Below are positions 23,554 to 37,673 of a DNA stretch of 64,000 nucleotides, one piece after another. Numbering within the stretch: the stretch's first letter is position 1; the number at the start of each line of letters is the position of its first letter. Made by a program: the position numbers and the translations under genes. Origin of the DNA: Eledone cirrhosa (taxonomy: Eukaryota); assembly GCA_964016885.1 (NCBI GenBank), contig OZ024743.1, positions 277,636,001 through 277,700,000 on the forward strand, written 5' to 3'. Under the pieces are notes generated by a model. That model was given only the letters and a program-made list of their open reading frames with translations, searched no databases and was not told the origin of the DNA.

Positions 23554-24197
23554 ATATAACATACATACATACATAAAAAAATTTGTGAAATTATAAAACC
23601 AGAAGAACATACATACATACGTACATACATACAAAATGACAGTGAATTCGCAAGACAAGTAAAACTGTCAGTGACAAATAATACATATCTATTACTTGCA
23701 GTGACCATCAAAGACTATTGCATATTTTGTTGTATGAAATGCATTGGAATTCACCTCTTCCATCATTTGGCACATCAGACTGATCCAGACCATCATTATG
23801 TATTTTCCAGTTCCTTATAAATCCTGACGTATCTGCTAATCCTCACATGTACTAGATATCAAACTGGTTACAAGGAATTGGTCACATTCGTCTGGTAGCA
23901 TTTTTGAATGTTTACGTAAGATAACATGTGTAGCAAACTTTTGACAGGCATATTCAGTTTTAAATAAGAGTATTTTCCATGTGAATTGAGATACACTTTT
24001 AATAATACTCATTTGATGAGGACACAATAATGCATGAAAGGTTTCTATGTTTCCGGAAGAATTGTTGAAACTGTTTGCACGCCACACTTCATTGTTTGAG
24101 TATTGTAAGTGACTCAGTGCAACTACCCGACACGACGAGTTCGTCCTATTGCTAAGAAATTATTGATGTTGATGAATATTGTGATAGACAGATATAA

Positions 24198-24238
<41 letters not shown>

Positions 24239-25034
24239 CTAAAGTTAGTAAAGATTTTTTAAATTTTGTTTGATATATACATATATATATATATATATAT
24301 ACATATATATACATATATATACATATATATATATATATACATACATACATATATACTCTCTCTCTCTCTCACACACACACACATATACACACATATATAT
24401 AGTATATAATAGTATTAATGATAATAACAATAATATTAATAAGAAGAAAGGTTTAGATCGATATCCAGTGATACATATGTAGATATGTATGTATGCATAT
24501 TAATGTGTGCGGTGTGTGTGTGTACTGTGTGTTCGTGTGTACTGTGTGAGTTTGTGTGTGTGTGTGTGGTTGTGTGTGCGTGTGTGCGAATACAGAGAGA
24601 TACAAAGAGCATAAAAGAAGATCTGCATTAGAAAACGAAAGGATTTCACAAGAGACCTCCAACAAGATTTGCATGGAAAATTGCTGCCATAGTATCACTA
24701 GCATGCCACCGCCGTGGTATTTATGTTTGATGTAATTAAGCCTAGTGTATGTAATTAACAAGGAAATTAAGACGGATCTGTATGAAAAGGCTATATAATC
24801 TAGTCTGCAGTGCAGCATGGAAATGTGCAATAGAACAAACAGAATATTCCATTGACTGATGCTAACTTAATTGCATTTGGATACCAATGAATAATCGTAC
24901 TAATCTAAATTGGAACATTCCAGGGACACATTTAGTATTAACTTATTAACTTAGTTGTAATTCTGATGGTTGCCGTAATAGTGGATGGCCTTTGTTCAGA
25001 TTTGCCGTGATCATGTTGGCCGCTCACTACTTGC

Positions 25035-25152
<118 letters not shown>

Positions 25153-26266
25153 TTCTTACGTGTGTGTGTGTGTAGGTGTTTCAGAATTGTATTGTTGTTA
25201 TTGCTGTTGGTGATGGTTGTGGTGGGGTGTGGTGGTTGTGGTGGTGAGTGGGTTAGAAGAGTGCGGTGGCTATTTTTTATGAGCGCGGAAAAACTGCTGG
25301 TCATTTCGTTGTTGGTGTTTCTGGTTATTCATTACGCAATGACTATTAGAATTTTCTAGTGGAATTAACGGAACGTTCATTGATATTTACTCGTCTGCTG
25401 GATGTAATCTGAAGAACCTACGTCGTTGATGATTTAAGTACATGTTTCGTGAAACATCGTGTACTCATACACACAAACACGCACACCCACTCATAATCAC
25501 CACCACCATCATAATTATCATAATTATCCTCATCATCATCATCATCATCATCGTTATCATCGACATCATCGACATCATCATCATCAACATTGTAACTATC
25601 ACTATCACCATCAATATCACAATCATGACTATAACTATCAACATCATCACCACAACTACGACCACTCACACACACATATAATCACTCTTTCTCTTTCTTC
25701 TATGCGTACACACACACACACGCACACACACACACACATACATACAGACAATCCCTTCCTAATCACTATAGCCATCACGGAGTTTACACTCAGTGTCAAC
25801 TAAACCGCTATCGTCGTCAAAATCACAATCTCCTTCATAAACAACATTTCCCACGTCATCACTGACATTAGACCACCCCCATCACCATCAACACCAACAC
25901 CACTACCACTAACGTCAACACTATCACCCTCAACACCACCACCACTACCACCACCACCACCACCACCACCACCACCGTCACCACTACCACCACAACCACC
26001 GCCAAAACAATTACCGTCGCCGCCACCACTACCGCCACCACCACCACCACAACCACCACCACTACCTTGGAAAACATCGGTGTCGTGGAGATGAGAGACT
26101 TCCATCCATTGGTGACTAATTGTCTTTCACAAAACATCTTGTGGAGGCAAACCCATGGTCAGTTAGTCATGGAGGGGAAACTCTTGACTAGCTGGGACCC
26201 TTCCCTTAGATAGGTGAAATAAAGAATGATAGATTAGTGTCATACCAAGAGAAAGAAAGGAGACCC

Positions 26267-27030
26267 TTCTTCTTCTTCTTCTTCTTCTTCTTCTTCTTCT
26301 TCTTCTTCTTCTTCTTCTTCTTCTTCTTCTTCTTCTTCTTCTTCTTCTTCTTCTTCTTCTTCTTCTTCTTCTTCTTCTTCTTCTTCTTCTTCTTCTTCTT
26401 CTTCTTCTTCTTCTTCTTCTTCTTCTTCTGACGAGTTTAGTAGTACCATGTCGTCCGCAATTTCCAAGTGACTGATCCTACACCCGCCAGTCTTGATACT
26501 ACATCCAACCTGGCTATGCATGTCAATCCTGTTCATGAAGATTAGGAACAGGAAAGGAGATATTACGCACCCAGTCCGACTCGCACATCGAACTTAAATA
26601 CTAGTGCATTTATATAAAGAAGCCAGGGCAACAAGAAGCTGTCCATTGTTCCTATACTCCTGTATAAACTTCCTCAACAGGTCACATGGAATTCGGATAT
26701 ATTCCTTTCCGAGATCTACAAAACAAGTAAACATCTCTGGCAATTTCTCAAAGACACTGCAGTGTGAATATTTGGTCGGCTCTGCTGCGTCCGAGCCGAA
26801 AACCCCACAGTTCGTCAGTTAACTTGGACTCCCTACATCTCTTTATCAGACACTTAGCATAGATTTTAGCGGGGAAGCTTAACAAGGAGATCTTTCTATA
26901 ATATCAGCAATTTCTCTTGTTGCCGTTTTTGAGAATTGGGATTATGACTCCCGATTGCCATTGTTTAGGTGCCTTTCCAGAGATCCAGAACAAAGCCCTG
27001 CAGCAGAAATGAACCAGCGATCCATCGTTT
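26267..27030 (-). mobile_element. RTE-X-like RT fragment adjoining a (TTC)n array
   Basis: PKQWQSGVIIPILKNGNK and MNRIDMHS...ISHLEIADDMVLL motifs. Confidence 0.75.
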
Positions 27031-28035
27031 AGTGTCCCGATACTATATACTCCAAACAGTTTTGTAGTGACTTTGTGAAATAATAGGTAGGAAATCGTTT
27101 GATAGTCAGAACATTGATACACCTGGGTCAAATCTCGCACGAACAACGAAGAATATATTGGACAATGCAATCGCTGGTATACAGCAAAGCAGGATGGTAT
27201 GGTTACGACTGAAACTCTCTTTAATCATAGATTTGCTCGACCATGGCTAACCTTGTGTTAACAACAAATACAATAAGATAAATAGCATTACGAGTAGCAG
27301 TAGCAGCAGCAGCACCATCACCTCCACCCCGACATAATACAATCTCTATACTGAGGACGCCGATGAAAAACACCATCACCAACTCCTCCATCCTCACAGA
27401 ATTGCAAGACTACTGGGATTCGATAAAATAACTAAATTTATCCAAATGCTCGAATAGATTCCGATAAATATATCTGCCGACCTATCAATTAATATTTAAA
27501 AAAAAAAAGCTTCTATTATAGGTAAAAGATAGCATTATTGACTTATATATCTATAATGGATGCCAAGAAATAGTTTCACGCTGTAATGTGATATTGGTGA
27601 AACAATTGTGATTTTTTTTTTCATTTACAAAGAGTGCATGTAACTGAGAGGTTACATTATCAGAGATCCAGGCATAGGTTTACTTGTTCGTATCTTATCC
27701 CCAGCAGCGTATTGTGGGACGAGAGGAAGTTATTTTAATTGACATACGCTCAGTGATGCTGGAAGTGAAATCCAAATCCTTTTCATAAATACTGACAACA
27801 TATTAAAATTGAGTATTCTTTGGGCTTGTAGAATGAAATTCACTTCACTGAAAGATATGGGAAGTTGCCTGCTATAGATCAGTATCCCTTCTAAAGGGAA
27901 GTTTATTTCTCATTTGAATACTGCGAAAGAAAAAAAGTGGTAAACACTGTCACTAGATTCCCTGAAATTAGCAATAAAGAAAATGTACATAGTCCAATGT
28001 GTTCCTTTTTTAAGTCGGTTAATAAATATCTGAAT

Positions 28036-28128
<93 letters not shown>

Positions 28129-29740
28129 ATATATTATATCAACTTAATAAAATTAACAATGGACAGGACAATGAACGAAAAACTATTTTTAAGGGGACAC
28201 CTTAAAAAACTATTTAAAATAATAAAACACAAACGAAGGGCACAGCACTCCAGGATCATCGTCCGTTGAGGTGGAATTTTGTAGTTTCGACCCTTACCAG
28301 TGGTACTGCTAGTTCACCCGGGGTCACAGCGTCTGTCACAATCCAAATGCTGTCAAGTGGAGTAAGAGATGAGAGACAAAACATTAATTTATAACATTTA
28401 AGCTACAGCAAGTACATATTTTCGAAAGTAATGATTGTGTTTAATATATCACACACGAGTAAAAGTAATAGCTTGTAAGTTATTTTAAGTATACTTTCTT
28501 AATAACTCCAACTGCATAGTCAACTTCTTCCCACACCCCACATATATTTATATATTGTTTGAGGATACATTCCTCCTCCTCTCTAAGCAGTAAAAAACGG
28601 AAACAAATATAAACAATATCTGTGAGTTATGGCCACTGGCTTGTTTAGGTTTTTCGGGTAAAACCTATTAACTTGACTTACGCGAGTAATACTCTTGATA
28701 AATGCATGAACATCACATAATCTCTTTTGACATCGCAATATATATGAGACGGTTGATTAGGTAATAAACAAATCAATATTAATTCACCTGTGCTTGTCTA
28801 AATGACAGCAAACTATCTTAGTATTTAAAAAAATTACAAGTGAAGAACCATATATAACGAGCAATACACACAAGAATACGATCATCCCCATACAGATTCC
28901 ACACATTACACACAAATACATACCCATTATCATCAATCATTCTTTTAACTAGATGAGTGCATTCGCAAGCTTTGAAGAGATTTTCAAGTATCTTTATGAT
29001 TTTTCAAAGACCTGAATTTCATTTGATGCTACGAATATCTACATCAAAGTGCTTTTAAAGTAAACCAGAAGATTCGCAGTCGATTCTAAATTGGTATCAG
29101 GTGAAAAACGGGTAAAGTAAGAATGTGAGAATCCTAGAACTGGTGAAAACCCAGGTGCACTACATCTATAATCTATTTACCCTACTGAGAAAAGTAAAAG
29201 AGTGTGAACAAGAAAGTTATCTTTTATTCGAGTTTTGTGTCTGGCAGCATGGTGATCATGGTTCCGATTTCAGCTGCATTCTCCAATCAAACGGGTTAGC
29301 AGATGTTGAAATAATCTCTCCCTCGGTGTGTTTACCCTGTCAGTCCACGAGCAGCTACAAGTCTATTTTTGAATGGTCACTATAGCAGATTTCCGCATTT
29401 TATCTCGGTTACCGACCTTACTACCGAAAGTGGTTTGGAATGGATGGCTTATGAGTGAATTATAAGTGTAAAGGTATACATGTTTATATGCAACATGTAC
29501 ATAAACATCTATACCCCCGCACACCCATTCATATTCTTACACTCATATATATACATATATGCATATATATATATATATATGTGTGGGGGTATAGATGTTT
29601 ATGTACATGTCAGTCAATGGCAACATTAAGGACCGGTATAAAAGACACAGAAGCGAAAAGCGAAAACCAACCAAACAGTGAGTGTGTTCTGTTATTAATT
29701 CTGGCAATATTACACAAATATGACCCTCCCCAGGTATAAC

Positions 29741-29822
<82 letters not shown>

Positions 29823-29838
29823 CATATATATATATATT

Positions 29839-29871
<33 letters not shown>

Positions 29872-29991
29872 GTATATAGATATATATGTATGTGTGTGTG
29901 TATATATATATTTATATATATATATATACATATATATATATAAATGAAAGGTATAGAAGGTATTGTAGCAAGAAGCCAACAGTATTCCATA

Positions 29992-30055
<64 letters not shown>

Positions 30056-30114
30056 TCTCTCTCTATCTCTTTCTCTCTCTCTCTCTCACACACACGCGCG
30101 CGCGCAGACAAACA

Positions 30115-30175
<61 letters not shown>

Positions 30176-30296
30176 GACTCACGCAATGACAATACATACA
30201 TACCTATATGTCTACATAGATGCACCCATTCCACCATACACAGAAACACACACACACACACACTATTACGTGCATATATATATATGTATATATTTA

Positions 30297-30329
<33 letters not shown>

Positions 30330-30367
30330 GTATATATATACATATATATATATATATACATACATAC

Positions 30368-30577
<210 letters not shown>

Positions 30578-31015
30578 GCGTGAATGTTTAATATGTATAT
30601 ATACTTACAAACACAAACTATATATACTAGAAACAGTGATAAAGGACAGTGATAGCATAGTTCAGTGAAAGAAGATGTACCGTGAATGGAATAGGATAGG
30701 TTATATACAGCATTTAATTTACATTTTCAAAGCTCATATATTTGGCACTAAGTAATTGCATTTACATATTTTAAAAGCTACAGATAAGAAACCCAGTTTA
30801 AACATAATACATTATTTACTAGGTAGCCAGTTATCAATGGAGGTGATGTTTGAATTTCCGCTCATTGCTTTCGACCTCTAACTTGTTGGACACCATTACT
30901 AGCGATCGTTCACTCTCTCACTTGTTAGACGGAATAGTAGATTTTCCTCGTTAAAACGTCTGATCTTTATTTTGATATTTATCTTTACACATACATATAT
31001 ACTCACAGATATACA

Positions 31016-31077
<62 letters not shown>

Positions 31078-31107
31078 GACTTACTTCATTTATGTATGTA
31101 TGTGTGT

Positions 31108-31143
<36 letters not shown>

Positions 31144-31228
31144 GAATGTGTATGTGTGAATGTGTGTGTAGGAATGTGTATGTGTGAATGTGTGTGTGTA
31201 CGAATTTACACGTTTATATATGTGTATG

Positions 31229-31930
31229 TCAGGTCGCCCTGGTAACATGTAACCCAGTACAACATGACACATCTGTGACTAAACCCGTTAGAAAGGGCGG
31301 CGGAAAGTCAATACACTGGGTTCATGACAAACGTTTGCACCAATCCTTTGTTATTAACATTTCTAAAATGTGTGGCTGGTCCAACTCAAGCCTTCACCAC
31401 TACAAACAATTCCTTTGTATGGGGAGCTCAACAGCTCTGCCAGTTCTGTCTATTTGAAATCCCACCATTAACACAAAGCCCTCTGGCGAGAGAACAAAGG
31501 TGACGGGTCAAGTAAAGGGTATTACAGGAAGTCCTTAACTGGATCTCTAAACAGTGGCGACCATCGGGTGGTGCTAAGATAAAATTCCTTGCAGAGTAAA
31601 AGCAGCGTAAGCCCATTTGAGTGCATAGCTCTGACTCAGATCAGGGCAGTATTGACATGATCTTCTCCCTTCACCAAGTTGCAGAGAGTTTCATCAAAAG
31701 AACCAGGAACTTTTATAGTTTTTGTCGACTTGACCAAAGCCTTTGGCTCTGTCAATCGCAACGCTCTCAGGAAAATCTTCCAGTAGCTTTGAATACCTCA
31801 CAATATGCTGAATGTCACCATGTTTTTTCATGAGGGCATGAAAGTATCAATTATGTGAAATGACGAATGCTCTGAACTCTTTGGTGCCACAAACAGTACG
31901 AAACTGGGTTGTCTCAGGTCTCCTGTTATT
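31229..31930 (+). mobile_element. Decayed RTE(BovB-like) LINE: 5' region plus RT fragment
   Basis: DMIFSLHQV...FVDLTKAF.SV motif across frameshifts. Confidence 0.7.
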
Positions 31931-32333
31931 TAAATTCGTACATCTGAAGGTTATTCAACCATCAGCGCTTTAAGTTTAAATTACTTATACTAACAAGTGT
32001 TATTCATGAAATTTGAGATGTTTATGTGCATAATACGAGTTGATCACCGTGAATAATAGATGAGGAAATCAGGCAAAGCATCCCTGGAAACGGGAAAATA
32101 CGCAGAAGAATCGAACCCCACTTCTTTCGGATGCCGAGTGAGTGCGTTCACCAATGCGCTAACGCGTCACAGGCTATCATTTCCGTCTTTTCAGAAGATC
32201 GTAGACATATAATCAAGGCGATTGATTTCAGAAGCAAAAGGAACCTTTGAAATTTCAGATGAGTCCGTCTCAACACAAATCCCCATAATAATAGCTGACC
32301 CCCCTGTCGTGATTTGGCCGATTTTCTCAACCA

Positions 32334-32790
32334 TCTAAACTATAATAAAGTGCGTCCAGAATATATTTTCTTTATCCCGTTTGTAAAATAAGTTGGATTA
32401 CTTTGAATAAATAATGAATCAATATTACATAATTTATCTACTAAATTTCGTTATTCTTGATTAAATATAAATAATTTTGTCGCTTATTTTAACATTTACT
32501 TCTTCAAATTTTTCAAATGTCAACACTTCCGGTTAGCGATCGCTTAAATAAACATTCATATATTTCCGTCACTAATTTTCTCCTAATGCAGTTTATATAT
32601 AATATCGTTTTAAGGTATCATGGATTACGTTACTGATTACATAAGACAGTGTAACACAGTCTTCGTTCAATTTCTGTGTACATTGTCAATTACGATTTTA
32701 TTTGATGTATCATATATACTTGCGCATAATATCAATATGCACACCACACATGCTAGCAGAAAAGCACCCGAAGGGTGCTTTTTCTGCTAG
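32334..32790 (+). mobile_element. Putative non-autonomous Helitron
   Basis: 5' A|TCTAAACTATAATAAAG; 3' GCACCC-GAA-GGGTGC hairpin followed by CTAG|T. Confidence 0.65.
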
Positions 32791-34019
32791 TTATTTATAA
32801 TAATCCACTATTAATGTGGTCATTCGCATTGGGCCGCACACATTATATATATATATATATATATATATGCGTGTGCCAAGTTGATATATGGACTAACTTC
32901 TATTGATAATTGTGGTTTGATTGGGAAATTTTAGGTGTTACTCTATCAGTACGCCTTTAACGTTATTTTAAAAATTACTAAAGATGATGGCGGAAATACA
33001 ATCGTTTTGTAGAGAAAATACAATCATTGTGTAGAGAAAATGCTTACTTGGAAATCAAACTCCGTGACTCATGAGTTTTGTCTGAAAATACCATTCACAG
33101 ACGTAGAGAGAATGGAAAAGTGTGCTTGAACATTCTTACGAGAGAGTGGTGATATATGAAGTGAGCTATATAGTGCTACAACAAAACCCTAGTTGCTTTT
33201 TTCAGAACTGGAGGTAGTGCTTAATGTAGTAAATGCTTCCTGCAGTTATAAGGTGCAGCCGGGTTTGGTGAGTCTCATTGTTCACGTATCAGGTCTGTAG
33301 CAAATAACGAGTAAGAAAAGCGCTTGCGTTGAAAGATACAACTCTGTAAATAAAATAGGTATTGTGCAGATTACATAGTGTAGACCGGGAATGTTACGAA
33401 ACAAATGGATATCCTGCCAGAATAGCAAAGATAGGCGAGATTTTATGATCAAAATGATTCGTCATATTAAAGGGAAAGACTACTCGATAAAAACTATGTG
33501 ATTAGGAAGCCAATGTGCAAGGGCAGAATAAGAGTCATGCTGTAAAGAAAGCTATCGTGAAAGGTATTGTAGATATGAAGCTATCCAGGTTAACATTCCT
33601 CACACGTATGGTGTACCATGTTCTCCCTTCCACCCACGACTATTATTTGCCGGTGGGGCTAGTGTGGCACTGTTGGATATCGTCAGTGTAAAGATTATGC
33701 ATCGTTGGAACATGTTATAGTAAGCACGCCTGTTATCCCTAACACAAAACACAAAATAGATCTACTACACACATTTATTACATAGAATAGTATAGGATTT
33801 ACACAATACGTAAAATCATATAACTAAAATCATGCATGCATAATACTTTCGATATAATAGCACAATTAGTTACTGCAAACTGCGCTCGCATTAGTTTGTG
33901 TACCACGCACATTACTTGCTAATATACATAACATATATTTCTTAGCGCACTTTAAATACCATAGAAAACACAAAATCAAATCAAGACACTGCATATATCA
34001 TAGAGCCATACAGTAGAAA

Positions 34020-34066
<47 letters not shown>

Positions 34067-34493
34067 AAACAATAATAATACTAATAATGAGAGCAGAAAA
34101 AGAACAACAGTTTGGAAATCAACAATAAGAACAATAATAACGAAAAGAACAACAGCAACAAAACATGTCCAAAAATCTTTAAAAGAACGTCTAAATAGAC
34201 ACATAATCTATTCATAAAGCTATTAAGGAAGTGAAAGCGAAAGACAGACAGGGAGAGTTGAAGCGGCCCTCTCTCGTTCCGCCCTCCAGTATATTGAATA
34301 TCTATGTCTGCCTTGTCTAATGCTGGACGACGATGAAAACTTTCCGAGATTAAGCATGTTGTAGACATGGATTGTAAGCGTATCTCTGGTGCTCAACCAA
34401 AAATTAGTGAACACTAAATACTATCAGAAAACAGTCATATCTTTATAGAAATATTTCCGGCACGGATGTAATAAAACACTCACCACCTACTCC

Positions 34494-34581
<88 letters not shown>

Positions 34582-35172
34582 CATATTACATATATCTTCT
34601 ATATATTTAAAATAACGAGGTTCGTTCTCGTAGGGCATATTTGGACGTATACATTCTAATTGTTTATTGATATTAGTGTGTGTTTGTTTTACCACTGTAC
34701 GCATATATGCGATTAGAGTATGTATATAGTTGGTACAGTATATGGAAAGGATATATATGGTTAACGCTTGATATAGTAGAAAGAGGGAGTTAACGTTTCG
34801 GACGCTAGTCTTTCATCAAAAGAAAGAGTGAGAAATAGATTGACGCGACGGGCAGGTTGGAATTGGAAAAAATGTATTTAGATAAAAATAACAGGTCCAT
34901 TCGTGTTGACATCTCTTGCAAAGCCGAATGGATAAGTAGTTCGCTTCGCAATCATAAGGGCCCGGGTTAGATCCAAGTACTTGGCAACTTGGTCAAGTGC
35001 TAATTACCATAGTTTCGGTTCGACCCAAGACTTGTAAGTGGAATTGTATGGAGGGAATCTATTTAGAAACCAGTCGGATGGACTGTGCCTGTGATTGATA
35101 TATTCGACTTCATAACATGCAGTATTACATTGAATCTTCCCAAGAATTACTTTAAGCGCCCTCATATTTGGT

Positions 35173-35432
35173 GGAGGCACGTGACCTAGTGGTAAGAGTG
35201 TTGGACTTACGATCATAATGTCGTGGGTTCGATTCCTGGGTTGAGCAAAACAGTTCATTTCACGTTGCTCCAGTATACTCAGCTGAAAATGAGTACCAGC
35301 AATAGCTGGTGTTTAACCGTGCCATGGACTAGCGTCCTGTCCAGTGGGAATCTTGTATTCTCAGTCGCTTCACGCCATGAAACCGGGATAAGCACCGGCC
35401 AAATGAGCCTTCTGGCTTAAGACAGACTTTAG
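35173..35432 (+). mobile_element. tRNA-derived SINE (second family); related copy at 54390-54645 (minus)
   Basis: A box TGACCTAGTGG, B box GGTTCGATTCC, shared TTGAGCAA..TTTCACGTTGCTCCAGT..ACTCAGCTG core. Confidence 0.8.
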
Positions 35433-35601
35433 ACTTTTAGACTCATATTTTGGTAACGCCCAGTCGCTTGTATGCTAGTTTCCTGATGTGGTCGAACAAC
35501 TGGAACTTGCTTCGGAGAAACCGACGGAAGTTAACTTTAATCACACACACACGCACACACACAACACACATCTACATCTATCTATCTATCAATCAATAGA
35601 A

Positions 35602-35668
<67 letters not shown>

Positions 35669-35699
35669 AATATATATATATATATATATATATATAACG

Positions 35700-35904
35700 A
35701 AGGAAATGTGGTAAGGAACCAGGTGGACCATAACGCACCAAAGTACTCAATACTTAGGGTAGTAGAGTGGGTAATAGGAACGAGTAGGACCCCTACGGCT
35801 GAGCTCAAGCCGTTTCGACGGCTAATTCTGGACTCCAGAATTAGCCGTCGAGTCTGGGTCCAGAATTAGCTGTCGAAACGGCTTGAGCTCAGCCGTCGGG
35901 GTCC

Positions 35905-35908
<4 letters not shown>
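35700..35908. mobile_element. pLTR-like remnant with fold-back of an HHR 3' half
   Basis: 35783-35908 nested inverted repeat containing GTC-GAAA-CGGCT(TGAGCTC)AGCCG-TC/TA-GGGGTCC on both strands; between (TA)n arrays. Confidence 0.65.
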
Positions 35909-35973
<65 letters not shown>

Positions 35974-36011
35974 ATATTAACAAATGGAAACTATATTTAT
36001 AAAACCATATT

Positions 36012-36077
36012 TATTTCATTATACATATTTCAAGGGCCACCAGAGCAAACTATGGTGCGCTTTCATCAGATAAAATA
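36012..36077 (-). ncRNA. Type I hammerhead ribozyme within fold-back element 35971-36262
   Basis: TATTTTAT-CTGATGA-AAG(cgcacca..tggtggcc)CTT-GAAA-TATGTA-TA-ATGAAATA; 8-bp stem I. Confidence 0.75.
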
Positions 36078-36260
36078 TAATATAGTTTGCTCTGGTGGCC
36101 CTTGAAATATGTATAATGAAATAAATATGGTTTTATAAATATAGTTTCCATTTGTTAATATATTATATATTGTATATTTACTCCAATAATTTGTTGAGTG
36201 CTTTATATCAGTTATAAAAATATTTAGCTTGTTGTATCCCAACAAATTAAATATAACCTC

Positions 36261-36318
<58 letters not shown>

Positions 36319-36530
36319 CGTTAATATGTATGTGTTACTGTCTATATAACAATTATTTACATGCGTCTCTATAAGATATACTCGTATACGTATGAGTTGT
36401 ACGCACAAAAGTATGGACAAACACATGTATACACACGTACGCACACTCACACACATACCCACATACGCACAACTGTACAGACTCACATATATACTTATAT
36501 ATATATATATACACATATAAGCATATGTAT

Positions 36531-36693
<163 letters not shown>

Positions 36694-37244
36694 GGTATAT
36701 AGATACATAAATAGTATAAGCATTTATGGGAATATATTCTGTTTCTACAATCTATATAGGAGGAACCGTCAGATGTAATTTGTAAATGTATTTGGTGAAG
36801 ACAATCAGAGATAAAACGGTGGGGCGGGTGGCACAGCTAATACAGCCAATAGTGAACTGCACCAAAACAAATACCCCCTCCCCCACACACATAAACACAC
36901 ATTTGTTAAGACTCATTTACAGTCAAAATCAACACATATACCGAAAAACTGATAGAGAAGAAGAAAAAAAGTTGAAGAATATGATGATGATGTTGATGAT
37001 GATGTTGATGATGTTGATGATGATAACGATGATGATGATGATGAGGAGGAGGAGGATGTGATGATGACGATGATGATAAAAAATACAAATCTATCAAATA
37101 ACCCTATCCCTAACTAGGCAACAAAGATAACGAGGTGTTTTCTTATATATGTATGTATATATGTATGTATGTATGTATATATATATGTATATACATATAT
37201 ATATATTTACATATATATGTATATATAAATACACACACACACAG

Positions 37245-37293
<49 letters not shown>

Positions 37294-37673
37294 CATACCA
37301 CACACACACACATGTGTATGTGTCCGTGTGTCAGATGTGTATGTACGTGAATATATAAGTGTTTATGGGATGTGTTTAAAATTACATCTGACATATCGTT
37401 AACATGATATCCATCAACACTAGCAATATGAGAATGTCTGTTGAATCAGTCCTGTTATTCCTCTATTCTTCCGTATCGCTCCATTTTCAATAGATCGTCA
37501 GTTAATGATATCAGTGATGTTTTGTAGGATTTCTAGGTGAAGGGCAGCGGTATACACACACACGCGCTACACACACACACATACACACACACACACATAT
37601 ATATATCCATTCCTAAACGCATACACATACACATGTGTATACACTTACACACACACATACACCCACACCCACA

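Noticed and set aside
24010-24070. TTGATGAGGA...TCCGGAA HHR-like relic (also 7268-7305, 25409-25460, 28280-28335)
   Set aside because: Too many core changes to support a ribozyme call
32100-32170. tRNA-like A/B boxes on the minus strand
   Set aside because: Could not establish a complete cloverleaf; treated as a SINE-head fragment
34788-34822. HHR-like TTGATGA..GAC-TAGC-GTCC-GAAACGTTA (minus)
   Set aside because: Stem I does not pair and the core is mismatched; at best a decayed relic
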